Shown here piece after piece: positions 12,946 through 25,710 of a stretch of 64,000 bases of DNA. Position numbers and translations under genes: made by a program. How positions within the stretch are numbered: position 1 is the first letter of the stretch; each line of letters opens with the position of its first letter. Under the pieces are notes generated by a model that saw only the letters and a program-made list of their open reading frames with translations, ran no database searches and was not told the DNA's origin. Source of the DNA: Chara braunii (Eukaryota; Plantae; Charophyceae); assembly GCA_003427395.1 (NCBI GenBank), contig BFEA01000002.1, positions 3,161,292 through 3,225,291 of the forward strand. The letters run 5' to 3'.

Positions 12946-14617
12946 CACCACATTACTCCCCGCATGTGCAAAAAAAACCTATTGCATGTATCTTCAGGGA
13001 AAACATAGACAGATACACTCGCAATAGGTTTTGTCTTTTTCACATTCCGTGATTTGTGTTTGGAGTGGTGTTTGGCGATGCCCGATAACTCAAGACCGTC
13101 GGCCTTTTCTTAGAAAGAAAAAAGAAAAAACGAAAAAAAAAGAAAGGGGGAATGAAAGGGAAGAAAGGGAAAAAAAAAGAGAAATCGTTCAAGCTCCCGA
13201 GTGGGAAGCCCGTGCTGAACTGTCATGGAGAGCTGCTGCGGCTCGGCTTCTTCACGCAGCAAGCAGTTTCAAGGGCGTACTCACACGAGCTCTATCTAAA
13301 ATGTATCTGGCCGCATTTACGGCCGGATCTGGACGTATATGACCGCAATTACGTCCAGAAACAAAAAAAAAAAAAAAAAAGAGAGAAATAAGGTTGGAAA
13401 TTGGAACAATACCTCTAGAGGACGAAACCAACGCTCGTAATCCATGAGGACCTTTGCACACACAACGTTCCGCATGCCTGCATCAAGCACGAAGCAGAGG
13501 AGCGACAGCTGTTAGGAGAAGCATGTAGGAGGGAAGAGGAGCAACAAGCCGGAAGGGCCGACGACCGCCTGTGACCGACTGTAGTATAGTATATTATTGA
13601 TATATATATCGTCACAAGAGTATCAGAGCGCAAATGCGAACAAAAAGGAAAAAAGAAAGAAAACCAAGAAAAAATGAATTCAGTTTTTTATCTCTTCCTT
13701 ATAACTCCCCCTATTATAACTCCCCCTGTTCAGAAACTCTTGCGTACAAGGCCGCCCACGTGGATGTAGTAGGTTGAGCGGCGGCTGCCCCCATCCCCGT
13801 GTGTCATATCGACCCACTTGCACACAGCCAAAAGGCAAAGAGGCATATACAAAAAAGGATAGNNNNNNNNNNNNNNNNNNNNNNNNNNNNNNNNNNNNNN
13901 NNNNNNNNNNNNNNNNNNNNNNNNNNNNNNNNNNNNNNNNNNNNNNNNNNNNNNNNNNNNNNNNNNNNNNNNNNNNNNNNNNNNNNNNNNNNNNNNNNNN
14001 NNNNNNNNNNNNNNNNNNNNNNNNNNNNNNNNNNNNNNNNNNNNNNNNNNNNNNNNNNNNNNNNNNNNNNNNNNNNNNNNNNNNNNNNNNNNNNNNNNNN
14101 NNNNNNNNNNNNNNNNNNNNNNNNNNNNNNNNNNNNNGTGAATCTGGCTGCGATCACACTCAGATACGGGGAACGTCGAGTGAATATGCCTTGAGGGAGG
14201 GGGAGGACGGGAGGTTGTAGAAAGGAGAAAAAAGACGTGTGATGTGCTCAACATAATCAAAATATGAATGCCGGCGATTGAACAGAGAGAGAGCAGAAGG
14301 ATGGACGGGTAGTACTGCGACCTTTTAAAAATTAAAAAATTAAAATAAAAAAAACGACCTTTTTTCGGAACTCCTCTGTTTTGCAACGGTTTGTAAAAAA
14401 AAAGGATCTACTGAGTGACAAGAAGATAGGATAAGTCGAGAAATACTATCCGATAAGGACCGCCAGTTCAAGAGAGGGCGATTTCAAAACAACATAAAAG
14501 AGGGCGATTTCTTTTTTCTTTTTTTTTTTTTTTTTTTTTTTTTTAAGGCGATTCCCTGAAAGACGGAGATAGACAGTGCTCTCTCTCTGCACAGGCCCAA
14601 TCTGTTTTATTTGTCCT

Positions 14618-14733
14618 TACCGTCTTCCACCGAACACGACGCACCCCCTCATTTTGGCTGTACCAGGATGGAAATAAAACTCCTATATGTTCATTTTCAG
14701 GGTGCGTTGCGTTATGTTCGGGGGAAGACGGTA
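14618..14733. mobile_element. TA-flanked palindromic MITE with CCGTCTT termini and a different interior
   Basis: taccgtcttccaccgaaca...tgttcgggggaagacggta. Confidence 0.75.
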
Positions 14734-14777
14734 GACACATTCTCCTTGCAACGTATTTACCGTATTTTATGTGTTAA

Positions 14778-14927
14778 ACCACCAATACTTGGCCCAGCTA
14801 TCGGCCGCCGAAAAAAATAGAGTAGAAACGTTTCTAGTCGGATGAATTTGGTCGCTCCTGTAGTGGTCCGTACGTTTCCTAAAATCGTGGCTTGTTAACG
14901 GGCACGACTTCAGGAAATACTGGTGGT
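14778..14927. mobile_element. 150-bp TTAA-flanked MITE
   Basis: TIR accaccaRtac; closely similar to 56236-56385. Confidence 0.85.
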
Positions 14928-15719
14928 TTAAACCCACGACTAGGCGACCCCTTGTCGGAAATTTTGAGATGCGTTCGGTTTTTTTTTTTTAAAGGTCCGG
15001 CTTTTTTCTTTTAAGGTTCGGCTTTTTTTTAAATAAGGTTCGGCTTTTTTTTAAAATAAGGCTCGGCAATTTAAGGTCCACCAAAGTGGTGCTTTTAATT
15101 ATTCGGGTACAAAAATACAAACTCAAATAGGAATAATTAATAGCACCAGTTCGGTGCAAGCGCCCCATTTTTTTTTCCTGTTTGCGCAAGGACCCGTGGC
15201 AATGTAAAAACGTTACTAGTAATTAATTATGTGTTAATTACTAGTAACGTTTTCCCTATTGAATACACACTCAAATACACACTCAAAAGTGTGCAAGCGC
15301 CCCGAACTTATGCCTTCATTCATTCCTATTGCACAAGGGAACGCGCTAGGTAGAGAACCATACTTCAGCGCCCTCCCCCTTTTCTTTATAATAATCGGCG
15401 GGACGGGCTAGGTAGAGAAACATACTTTAGCGCCTTCCCCCTTTTTCTATAATGATCTGCGCCTATTTTACTTTCAAACTTGAAAACAAAAAAAAAACAT
15501 CTGGCATGTCAGATAGCCGACGTCAACCTGAAAAGAGGCTCTAGTTGAGGGGGACGTTGTTATCACGCCCACAATAGCTAACCCGACTGACGTTAAAAAA
15601 AAAACAAAAAAAAAACGCACAGAGGCTGATTGTTTTTTTTCCCGTCAGCACCACGGGGAACGAATAGCGCGCTATGTTCTAAAATATGACGTGCAAATTG
15701 GTAACACAACATGCGCTTG

Positions 15720-16015
15720 ACAGTTAACGCACTCGTAACGATAGTTATAGTTAACGCGCTCATAACGAAAGTTAACACACTCGTAACGAGAGTTAATGCA
15801 CTCCTAAAAACGCACTCGTAACCAGAGTTAACGCGAGTTAAAGCGAGTTAACGAGAGTTGACGAGAGTTAACGCGAATTAACGCGAGTTAACGAGAGTTA
15901 ACGCGAGTTAACGAGAGTTAACGAGAGTTAACGAGAGTTAACGGACTCGTAACGAGAGTTAACGAAAGTTAACGAGAGTTTTCATGCGAGTTCATGAGAG
16001 TTTCACGACAGTTAA
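15720..16015. repeat. 10-bp minisatellite (GTTAACGAGA)n
   Basis: Seen directly; related inverted units at 18148-18203. Confidence 0.9.
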
Positions 16016-16414
16016 CCTGCCGCTCATGGTCACGTAATAGCGACGAATAATTCATCACCTTGCACTCGAAAGTGAAACTAGAGTACACGCATTTGTCACC
16101 TTCTATTTTAAGAAAACTCACTCGGACAAGTTCTATACATCCAGAAATAGTTTCGCTCCGTACGGACGACCAATCTTAATTTCCTTTTCCTTTTTTTTAT
16201 TTTTCTTTTCTCAATTTCTTTTTCTTTTTTTTATTTCTCTTTTCTCAATTTCTTTTTCTTTTCTTCCCTTTTAGATAATAATAATAATAACGACCAATCT
16301 ACCTCTCCAAATCACATAAAATGAAGATTTAGATGGACAAAATCTGCGAGGCCCCACATCTCCGGGCGAACCCCCACGTTTAGTATTTCCCCTTCTTGGT
16401 TTTTATCTTTTTCT

Positions 16415-16575
16415 TAAGGGGCGACTGCCTTGAGATATGACCATTTTCAAACTGACTGGTCCCAGGTAATTCAGAATTACTCTACTGTGTTCATCTGGTT
16501 GCATCTGGATTCGAACTCGGGTCTGTATGTCAAACAGTTCATGGAGTCCTACCAGCTGAGAGCTAACGGGTAGGC
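16415..16575 (-). mobile_element. SINE family A, copy 5
   Basis: gggcgactgccttgagatat...cccaggtaattcag...catctggattcgaactcgggtctgtat. Confidence 0.8.
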
Positions 16576-16608
16576 CCGTTGGGTTTTCTTTTTTTCTTTT
16601 ATTTTTTT

Positions 16609-16717
16609 GTGACCCGATGGACCACGGACCCGATATTAAACTGAGGATCAGATATTAAACTGATCAGAACAGATACTACACTTGATCTATTTTTAGACAA
16701 AAGGCCGAGAAACGTAT
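16609..16717 (-). pseudogene. U2: U2 snRNA 5' fragment with A-rich tail
   Basis: Reverse strand atacgtttctcggccttttgtctaa(aaata)gatcaagtgtagtatctgttctgatcagtttaatatctgat...gtggtccatcgggtcac then A-rich; contains the branch-point pairing sequence GUAGUA. Confidence 0.9.
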
Positions 16718-16924
16718 TGGGTCCGTTGGTTCCACTTCCATTATTTTGCTAATTTGCTATTGTTATTTCGATTCCTTAGTTCTTAAAATCATGTTATGTT
16801 CTTTACTTCATTATTCCCATTACTTAATAAAGTTCACTTTCGTTCTTTTTTTCTATCGATTCCTCGATTTCTTATTTCGTACTCCAGTACTACATCGCTA
16901 TTGCTATTACTTTTATTTTTACAC

Positions 16925-17154
16925 TTCGGGCATTTCCACTTCGATATACGATCATTATCGCTGCATCTGGACTGCAAGTTGTCCCAAATGCAGCTACAAT
17001 GGCCAGCGTTCTATTCGAGTGCCGACGGTGGGACCTGACAATTTCGGTTCAGAAAACACTACACCAAATTCTGAATTACCTAGGGCCGGTCAGTTCAATG
17101 ATCAGATCTCAAGCCCTTCACCCTTTTTCAAAACAAAGAAACAAACAAACAAAC

Positions 17155-17196
<42 letters not shown>
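16925..17196 (+). mobile_element. Degraded CCGT-family MITE followed by a SINE A tail and poly(A)
   Basis: MITE interior catctggactgcaagttgtcccaaa; SINE tail ctgaattacctagggccggtcagttcaatgatc. Confidence 0.6.
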
Positions 17197-17197
<1 letters not shown>

Positions 17198-19960
17198 NNN
17201 NNNNNNNNNNNNNNNNNNNNNNNNNNNNNNNNNNNNNNNNNNNNNNNNNNNNNNNNNNNNNNNNNNNNNNNNNNNNNNNNNNNNNNNNNNNNNNNNNNNN
17301 NNNCCAAAAAAGTATTATTAAAATATTATGTAATTTATGTAAGAGGTTGACTCACCGTTCCCAATCCGAAGCCGACCACCCAAAACAACAGAGTCCACAA
17401 TTCTTCACCGGGTGCCACGTGGAAATTCCCTTCGGCACCGAGGTGGAGGGCATAGATGATGACGTCAAGGAGAAAGCCGCGGAGGAGAATCTGTCACCAG
17501 CGGCAGCTCCTCCATGGCAATCCCACTTGGACACTACTGCACGCGGAACCATTGTCGAGCCTCTCTTATCACAAAGGACGTCAGAGCACCCTGCACCTCC
17601 CGCCGCCAGCGTTGAAGAGACCGCTACCGCCGCAATGTCCATCGGCAAGCCAAGGCGCGAAACCATAACTCCTTCCATTTTGATTACCGGCATCTCCCTT
17701 CCCGATGATACCCTGTGCTTTTGCTCACCCACCTACTTCCGCCGCTACCAGGTATTAAACGGAAGAGTGCTAAGAGTTGGAGGTAGGAACGAGCACACTA
17801 TAACACGCGATGGGCAGGCAGTGTCGGTCAAATTGCGCAACGAATGCGCTCTCCTGCAATCCCACCAAACATCCGACCAATCATCCGACCAATCATTGAC
17901 CAATCATTGACCACATCAGAAGCTGCAGCGAAGTTAGTGAGGAGGAGATGGGTCGGCAGCAGCCCCTATCACTTAACTTCACTGCAATCCACGTCACCTC
18001 ATCTTCCTTCAAAAAGCTATCATGCGCGGCTGAGTCCGCAGCGCAGGCGATTACCGAACCGATCAAAGGGGGCCATTTCTCCCTTCACCTCCTTCCCTTC
18101 GGTACGGAAGAAGTGGATGGGAAAGGCATTCTCAAAGAGCAAACTGCGTTTTTACGAGTGCGTTAACTCTGGTTACGAGTGCGTTAACTCTGGTTACGAG
18201 TGCGATTACCGAACCGATCAAGGGGGGGCATTCCGATAGAGAGAACTGCTACTTCGTGACCATATTCACTACAGGGTGTCACGCGTACGAATTTAGGTAC
18301 GAGCCGTGTGAATGATGAGTGCAAGAACGACAAAAGAGTCAAGACACATCATTCACCATCGTCTCCTCTCCCTCTCCCTCTACCTACTTTGTGTCTCTCC
18401 CTCTCCTCTTTCTTCCTTCCTCTTCTTCCTCCTGCCAGCTTCTCCTCTTCAGGCTTTCGTTCACGTGCGTCCCTTCAGCTCCTCGCTCTCTCTCTCACCT
18501 GCTGGACGATGAACCGACTTACTGTGAGACTCTATTGGCGCGCTTGTGGAAATATAAGTAGGTAGGTACTGCGTACTCCACTCTCGCTCCACCGCACCAA
18601 CCCGCCCGCCGACAGCCTCCTTGGTCAATACCGAAGGGAGGACCGTTTCATCGACCACAAGAGAGGCTGCGGAAGGCGGCCGCGTTGCGCCAGCTCGCGG
18701 AGAGACTCGCAGAGAGCGAGAGACTCGCGGAGAGAGAGACTCAATAAGCAAAAAACACCTGGGGTAGATGTCGGACAGACGAGCGAAATGATGACACGCA
18801 CGCGCAGCACGCACGATGGCCTGCGCGACGAGATTTCTTCTCGAGAGCTTGACACGTGGATTGACTGGTACGGAAAGGGTAACACGTGTATAAGAACAGA
18901 CACACCGACAGACAGAGGCGTGCATGCCCGCCGAGGGCAGAGATGCACACAGGCGGCGAGAAAGCATCAGTCAGGAGGTTTGTGACAATGTACACACGCG
19001 TGTGAAAAAACAGAGCACAAGCAGCACTGATGATACAACTGCCCCCGGACTGTGCGCCCGCCCCGCGAAGGTTTGCGAGAGAGAAGACGAGAGGACGGCA
19101 ACGCGGCAATCCCGCCGGCGAGGACCGCCGCTTCGCGAGCGCCGTGTCACTCGCATGGCGGCATGTTTCGGCGCCGTGGCACCGGCCCGCTATGGCGTGC
19201 TCGGGCGAGTGTGGGCACATGCAGGCGTGTGCTCGAGTCGTGCTCGTCGCGTGCCGAGCGCACTTCGGCCCGCGGCGCTCGGCCGCACAAGCCCGCGCTC
19301 GTGCCACCGGCGGCGGAAGCAAAACCATTTTGTTTGAAAGGCTGGAAGGCGGAGCGAATTCAAACCCCGCTTTCCCTCAGAGGCATGTGAGGTAGAAGAG
19401 CGCCTATCATATGCCGCCACGTCGGCCACTGTACCTCGCCACTGCCAATTTCGGCCAGAATAACGGAAATGCGTGAGCGCCCAAATCCCACAAGCAGATC
19501 CCCGCCTCGCCACTCACGAAATGTAGAGCAAGGGTGACCGCATGTTCACAAACAAGAAAGATCGCAATATACATCGGGGGCTAGGTCCCACTTACACGAA
19601 TTAAGCGATTAAGCGATATTGACCGTAGATAGCAAAGATCAACGGCAAGATTCTCGTAATCCGTGCAAGTGGGACCTTGCCCCGGCAAGTTGGCAATTAC
19701 CATCGTTTGTCGTACTTGTGTGTTGTATTTGCGTGAGGGTGAGCTCGTGGATTGTAAGCCACCCGGCCCCGCGAAGGCGGGAAGTGACGCCTCTGCCGTC
19801 AGATTGATACGCCGAATGATCCTACGGGTAGGACCGAGGCACACGAGAACCAAGGCCATCTTTCTTGGCCTACGTTCGTGCGAACGACCGTATTCGCGTG
19901 GCTCTGGGGACCAGTTGTTTTTTTTTTGTTTTTTCTTTTTAATTTCAATTCTGTATATCA

Positions 19961-19976
19961 CTTTGGCTAAGAGCAA
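19961..19976 (+). pseudogene. U2: U2 fragment, left part of the split copy
   Basis: ctttggctaagagcaa versus U2 cttttggctaagatcaa; continues at 25645. Confidence 0.6.
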
Positions 19977-22900
19977 GGGCCTCTCTGCACTACTCGTGAA
20001 AAGAGCATTTACATGAGCGCCGCACCGCTGCACTTACTCGTGAACTCGGCGCCAGTTTCGTGAGTCAAGAGCTGTCAGATGTCACTCTTGCAAGCGACAA
20101 GAGTTGTCGTCGCTGCACAACTCTTGCCGCGTCACTCTTGAAAATGCACTTCACGAGCTGTCAGGTAGTCGTCAGGCGAAGGCGACTAGAGCGCTCTTGT
20201 TCGCCTGCCTGCAAACCCCGTTTTTGCAAGGGAGATCGGAAGGTTTCTTGAAAGGCCGTTTTTGCAATGCCTTTGCACATGCCTCTTAGAGGCAAGCTGA
20301 GATGTGCCTCATGGAATGTAAGGGGTCTCTGCGACACGAATTATAAACAGAAACGAAACCGTTTAAAATCCTGGATTCATGGAAAAAAATCCAGGTGGCC
20401 TGTTTACAGGAAACCAAATTAGATGAAAAGCGTTGTAGTGAAGTTGAGAACTGGTGAGCCGGCCAACAATTTTGGTCGTCGACTCAAGGCACAAAAGGTG
20501 GGACTGCAATACTCATTCACAGGGACTTAAATGCTGTGATTTTAGACTCAGCGGTTGACTTGTGGGGGCGTTGGGTGTGGGTGAAGTTTGAGGTGGGATC
20601 TAGGGAATGGTCAGTAATGTCGATCTACCGTGACGTTCCGACAGACTATACCGAAAGGTTGAAATTTTTATCTAAATTACCCGGAATTATTCCGGATTCT
20701 GACAACCTTATTATTGCCGCGGACTGGAACACTATATTGAACCCAGGTTTGGACAGCCCGAAAGTAGGCCCCATCGGACCTGATAGCAGGCTTTTACAGA
20801 GTTTCATGATTGCTAATAACCTGGTGGATGCTTATAGAGTACTGAACTCGAACGCTCAGGAATACACGTGGCTTGGGTCTAAGACAACGCCAGCTCAAAG
20901 AAGGTTGGACTTTATTTTGATGAAAGGTCATTCGTGGCAGGAATGTACTTCGGTAGAAATAGTCATGTCGGATATGTCGGATCATAGACCTGTAGTAGCA
21001 GTATTTCACATTTGTGAAGTTCCAAAAAGGGGCCCTTCCTACTACAAATTGAATGTTTCCTTATTAAAAGATCTGGGAGTAATACTATGGGCACAACGTC
21101 AGTTGGCTTTGTGGACGGAGGCCAGAGAACTATTTAGCGTAGAACAAGACTGTCTGGAAGAGGGCATTCACATCGTGCAACGGCCCTTCAATGTGTTCTC
21201 ACAAATTAAGGCGCAATCAATGAAAAATGAGGAAAAATCTATAATAAAAAGGATTAAACTTGCGGAAGATAATTTCGGGCAAGATGATGTATCAGATGTC
21301 TATTGGACAATAGTGAGAAGAAGAAGCTTGGTCAAACTGGAACAGATGCATATTCATGACCAAATGCAGTGGAAGGAATGGCTTGACCAGAGAAATATTA
21401 CTACTGGGGATAGACTTACAAAGGAAACATTCAGACGTTTAATCCTACAAAAAGCCCCACCCCCAATCAAAGAACTTTCACACCCCTTTTCAACCCAACT
21501 TTTAGTATCCAACGATTTACAGCAGATGTGCGAATATGCTAGATTATACTTCGAAGATATCTTTACTATGCATCGCCCATATGATGAGATGGACATGGAT
21601 TTAAAAATCACAAGTACTTTTGGGAATCGTTATCAAAAACTTCTACCCCACAGCGCGCGACTGGATCTAGACAAACCACTGACACTGGAAGAACCGCTAG
21701 TAGCTGCTAAAAGGATGGCGAAAGGGAAATGTCCAGGGGAGGACGGTCTACCAATTGAAGTTTATTTAGCCTTGTGGCCTCAATTGGGCCCCATGTTGCT
21801 CAGTATATTCAACCAAGTTTTAACAGGGGAAAAATTGACAAAAAACATGTCTAAGGGAATCATATCATTGTTATATAAGAAAGGCGATAAAAAAAAGATT
21901 CGTAATTGGCGACGAATTTCACTGTTAAACGCCTCGTATAAGTTGTTGGCTAAGGTCATTTCAATACGTTTAGCTAGGTACCTACCGGACCTTATTGGTA
22001 AGGAACAATGAGCCTTTGTAAAACACAGAAGTATTATGGATAACATAGCTTCAACTATTCAGGCGTTGGAAATCATCACTAAAGATAACCTTGACGTGGC
22101 AACTTTTCTATTGGATATGGAAAAGGCGTATGACCGTGTGGGTTGGGCCTTTGTGATGACTACTTTGAAGCACATGGGTTTTGGGCTCCCTTTCTGCCAA
22201 TGGGTAAAAACGATGTATTCGGGGTCTATAGCCACAGTAATGGTGAATGGTAAACAGTCAAATGAATTCATCCTCACTCGTTCCTTAAGACAAGGCTGCC
22301 CTTTAGCCCCGCTGTTATTCGTAGTTTATTTAGAAATACTGCTGGATAACATCCCCTGGAACTCAGAAATACAAGGATTGAAACTTAAACGGGACTCCAA
22401 TGGAAAGGTGGGGCTCTGACCGATGACTTAACCATTGCATGTCAAAACAAGAAAGAGCAATTAAGAACTTTAATGAGAGTATTAAACGAGTATTGCGACC
22501 TATTTGAGGCCTCTATTAATTGGAATAAGTCAACGTATTTTTTACCACCTTCCTATAATTTTGGAGTGAATTGGGGGTTGAAAGTTGTTCCCGCGGATGC
22601 TTCAGAACGTTTCTTGGGTGTCCAAGTCTCACAATCGGATAACTCAGAGTACCAAGATGCAATTTTGGTAGAGAAATACTGCAGCAGGATTCTGACTTGG
22701 AAGCATACAAGACACTTATCCTTGTTGGGGCGAGCTTTGGTTTTAACTTCAGCAGCACGTTCGATTCTTTGGTTCACGCTGGCGGTTCACTATTTGGGGG
22801 ATCAAACGTATCAGAAGAAAAGCAGCAGGACGCTTCATTTGAAAACCGGAGGCACAAGTGCATGAAGGTCATATGTCGAAGGTAGTCTTGGAGACTATAA

Positions 22901-25644
22901 CCTTCCCAAGACACCAGGGGGGGGGTTGGGATCCTTGACCCTAGACAACAGAACCAAGCTCTGCTGGCAAAATGGCCAATCAAGGCCTTAACTTCCTTAC
23001 ACAATGAACCTTGGTTGGCGCTGGGTCTGCAGATATAGGCAGGAAGACGCTCTGACTTGCTTAATGATACCGTCATATGTGAACAAGCAACTAAAGTCAA
23101 AGTTATGGGGTGATATCTTGAAAGCATGGAAAAAACTCATTCCAACGGAGAGGGAACATCCAACCTCAAGGGACGTCGTGCTGCTTGAAATTCTGTTTGA
23201 AAATCCTCACATTAAAGAAGAAGGGACTAATACTTTTCTAGCGAATGGTTTTGTGGGTCATTTTGGTAAAAGTTGGATAGAAAAGGGAGTAGTTAGGGTG
23301 AGGGACATTTGGGATGAGAATAAGCTGGATTGGATAGAGGTCGTTGAGTTGAAACAGACATTGCCAAGAGTGAGAGGCATTCAACATAAACTGCAAAAAT
23401 TGACAGATGCTATTTCAGATAGTTGGAAGCGAATTCTGCATGCTAATCGACAAAAAAGTTGAAGGCGTTCCCGAATTTTCTTGGTAGAGGCAACTTCGTT
23501 ACACTTAGGATCGCCTCCTATACTTGATGAGGGGCTATGGGTAAGGAAGTGGGATGAAGAAGGGGAGTATGACATATGGCACGTTGTAGGCCCTGCTTTG
23601 GATGGAGGCTTTGAAGGATGCAGGTGACACAAGTCTGAGGATTTTTCCTATACAAACGAAATATACCAAGGTAACAAGGAAAAATTGGATTCTATGGCAG
23701 AACTGCAGGAAGTACTGGTCACGCCGCCTATAGCCAGCAATAGGACTCCTTTGATCCCAATAAGGAGGAAACTGTTAGTGCAAGGACAACCACTCACTTC
23801 TCTTGGTATAAATCCAGAAACAGTGGGTTGGTTTAGTGCGGAGAAGCGCAGAATGGTAGCCATGGTGGAATATAAGTCAAAAGTGGGCACCGACTTTCTT
23901 AGACAAAGGGTTAAGAAATACCCGTTTGCCACAATAGTCAAAAGATGAGCGGAACAGGGTCTTATAGGCACGTCATATGAAGAAATGCAAGACTTGCGGG
24001 TGGAACTTAAGAGTCTCCCATCTCAGAAGTTAGCCAGTATGTTGTAGCTGCAAGCAATTCTAGCCACAACATCAGCAGTGTGGTTAGCAGCGAAAGGCAT
24101 GGAGATAGCTACCACTTGTCCGAAGTGCAGATGGGGGTGGGAGACTACACGACACCTATGACTGACTTGTCCAGCATCGAGACGCGTTTGGGACTGGTGG
24201 ATCTAGTATTGGATAAAATTCACAAAGAACAGTTTTGATTGGTCAGACAAATAGATTCTGACAGGTTGTAGAAAAGGTAGGAACGAATGAAAATATGTGG
24301 CTCAGGTGACCAGAGCGATTATCATGAAGGTAATCTGGGATGACAGGAACAATCCATTGTTTCGGCGACAATGTATATCGGATGTTCAAATCAAGAAGCG
24401 AATTACTGCAAACCTATGAAGGAATATGATTTGTGACTTGAACAGACGTACATCCCGTGGAATTGGTCCAAATCAAAGGAAATGGTTCAATGAGACCTGG
24501 GGGAGGAATTCAGAGTTGCTACTAGTAGTGGTGGATGACAGGGGAAAGCTTTCCTTTTGCTCTTGGTTATTGACCATGATAGGTCATGGGGAACACATTA
24601 GTACCCCACCTTAAGCAGAATGGTTCTCCTTTCCTGTGTTGTCAGTTTTGTGAGGTTGACACTCCTCCACGTCTCATTTCACGTCTACCTGTTGGGTCCT
24701 GTATTATAGTGTTGGTGACATTAAGGGGGGCAGGTAGTTGTGATAGGGAGGTTAGGTGCAGACCTGTGTGTATCTAAACTCTCATCCTTTTTCATGAGTT
24801 TAAATGCTATTTTTTGGAGAAGTCCTTAGTTGAGGGACAAGCGTGGAGACGCTGGACCCAGTTTCCAGTATTGAGCCGATTCTGGATAATGGCCCCAGCA
24901 TTCCGGGTAGAATTGTGAGGTCCCCGGCCTCAACTTGTTCTTTGATAATAAAGCTTCAACACTTTCTTCCCCCCCCCCCCCAAAAAAAAAGGCCGCCAGA
25001 TTTCAAGAGCGAGCTGGGTCTGGACGGGCAACACACGCGCTGGCTGTCGTTTAGTGCTTCAAGAGCACTCGTGAAGGGCTCATATTCACACTACCGTGCG
25101 TGGTCCCACCGTGGTGGAACCGTGATTTCTTAAATGGCATGTACTATTCCTTGTTTTCGGTTCAGGTGGGGGAAGGGGCGGCGGACAGTGGATGCGGAGT
25201 GTGCCCAATGGCGGAGGGGCGGAAAGCGGCTGAGGATCGGGCGTGTACAACTCCCGGTTTTCAAACCAAGGGGGGGGGGGCTGACAGTGGCTGCGGAGTG
25301 TGGCCAGTGGCGGGGCAGAAAGCGGCTGAGTATCGGGCCTGTACAACTCGCAGTTTTCGGACCAGGGGAGGGGGGAGTGGGGTGCGGGGAAGCACAGTCC
25401 TCCACAGTGCGTGCTGTTTCGTGGTGGTGGGGAATCCCGGTACTACCGAGTCCCAGAACTGCCTAGAGTTCTACCGTAGCTGCACTACTCGTGAAGTCGG
25501 TGTCAGCCTCTCAAGAGCAACTCATGAGGAAAACTGCCTAGAGTAAGTGCAGCGAGGACCGAACTCTAGGCCGTTTCGGGACTCTGATAACTCTAGGCGC
25601 ACTCGTGATTTTTTTCATGAGTCATGAGTAGTGCAGCGAGACCC
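19977..25644. mobile_element. Non-autonomous PIF/Harbinger-type DNA transposon carrying a nested LINE
   Basis: 23-bp TIRs (gggcctctctgcactactcgtga and reverse complement gggtctcgctgcactactcatga, 20/23), CAA on both sides, CTCGTGA/CAAGAG subterminal motifs in both arms. Confidence 0.8.
20305..24990 (+). mobile_element. L1/Tx1-clade LINE ORF2 (APE endonuclease and reverse transcriptase), 5'-truncated and pseudogenised
   Basis: WNVRGL, CLQETK, ADWN, RRLDF, SDHRPV (APE); KCPGEDG, NWRRISLLNASYK, LDMEKAYDRV, LRQGCPLAPLLF (RT); C-terminal CPKC; stops and frameshifts; A tail at 24982-24990. Confidence 0.95.
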
Positions 25645-25710
25645 CAAGTGTAGTATCTGTTTTGATCCGTGGTCCATCGGACCACGTTTAAAAAAAAAAA
25701 AAAAAAAAAA
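25645..25710 (+). pseudogene. U2: U2 fragment, right part of the split copy, with poly(A)
   Basis: caagtgtagtatctgttttgatc-cgtggtccatcggaccac followed by about 21 A. Confidence 0.8.

Larger units (their letters stand above)
12309..13358. mobile_element. Long-TIR MITE with its left arm tandemly duplicated (~137 bp); contains SINE copy 4 and a U6 copy
   Basis: tctggatgtaattgcagtcagatccgtccagatctggccgc...gtgtgagtatgccc (two copies) is inverted relative to 13270-13358. Confidence 0.7.

Noticed and set aside
13730-17910. ORFs 13730-14386 and 16999-17910
   Set aside because: Their length comes from N gaps and poly(A)
16025-18263. hAT-like element with atggtcacg inverted ends
   Set aside because: Short match and no target-site duplication
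18267-18285. CACTA or mariner terminus (cactacagggtgtc)
   Set aside because: No matching inverted end found in the window
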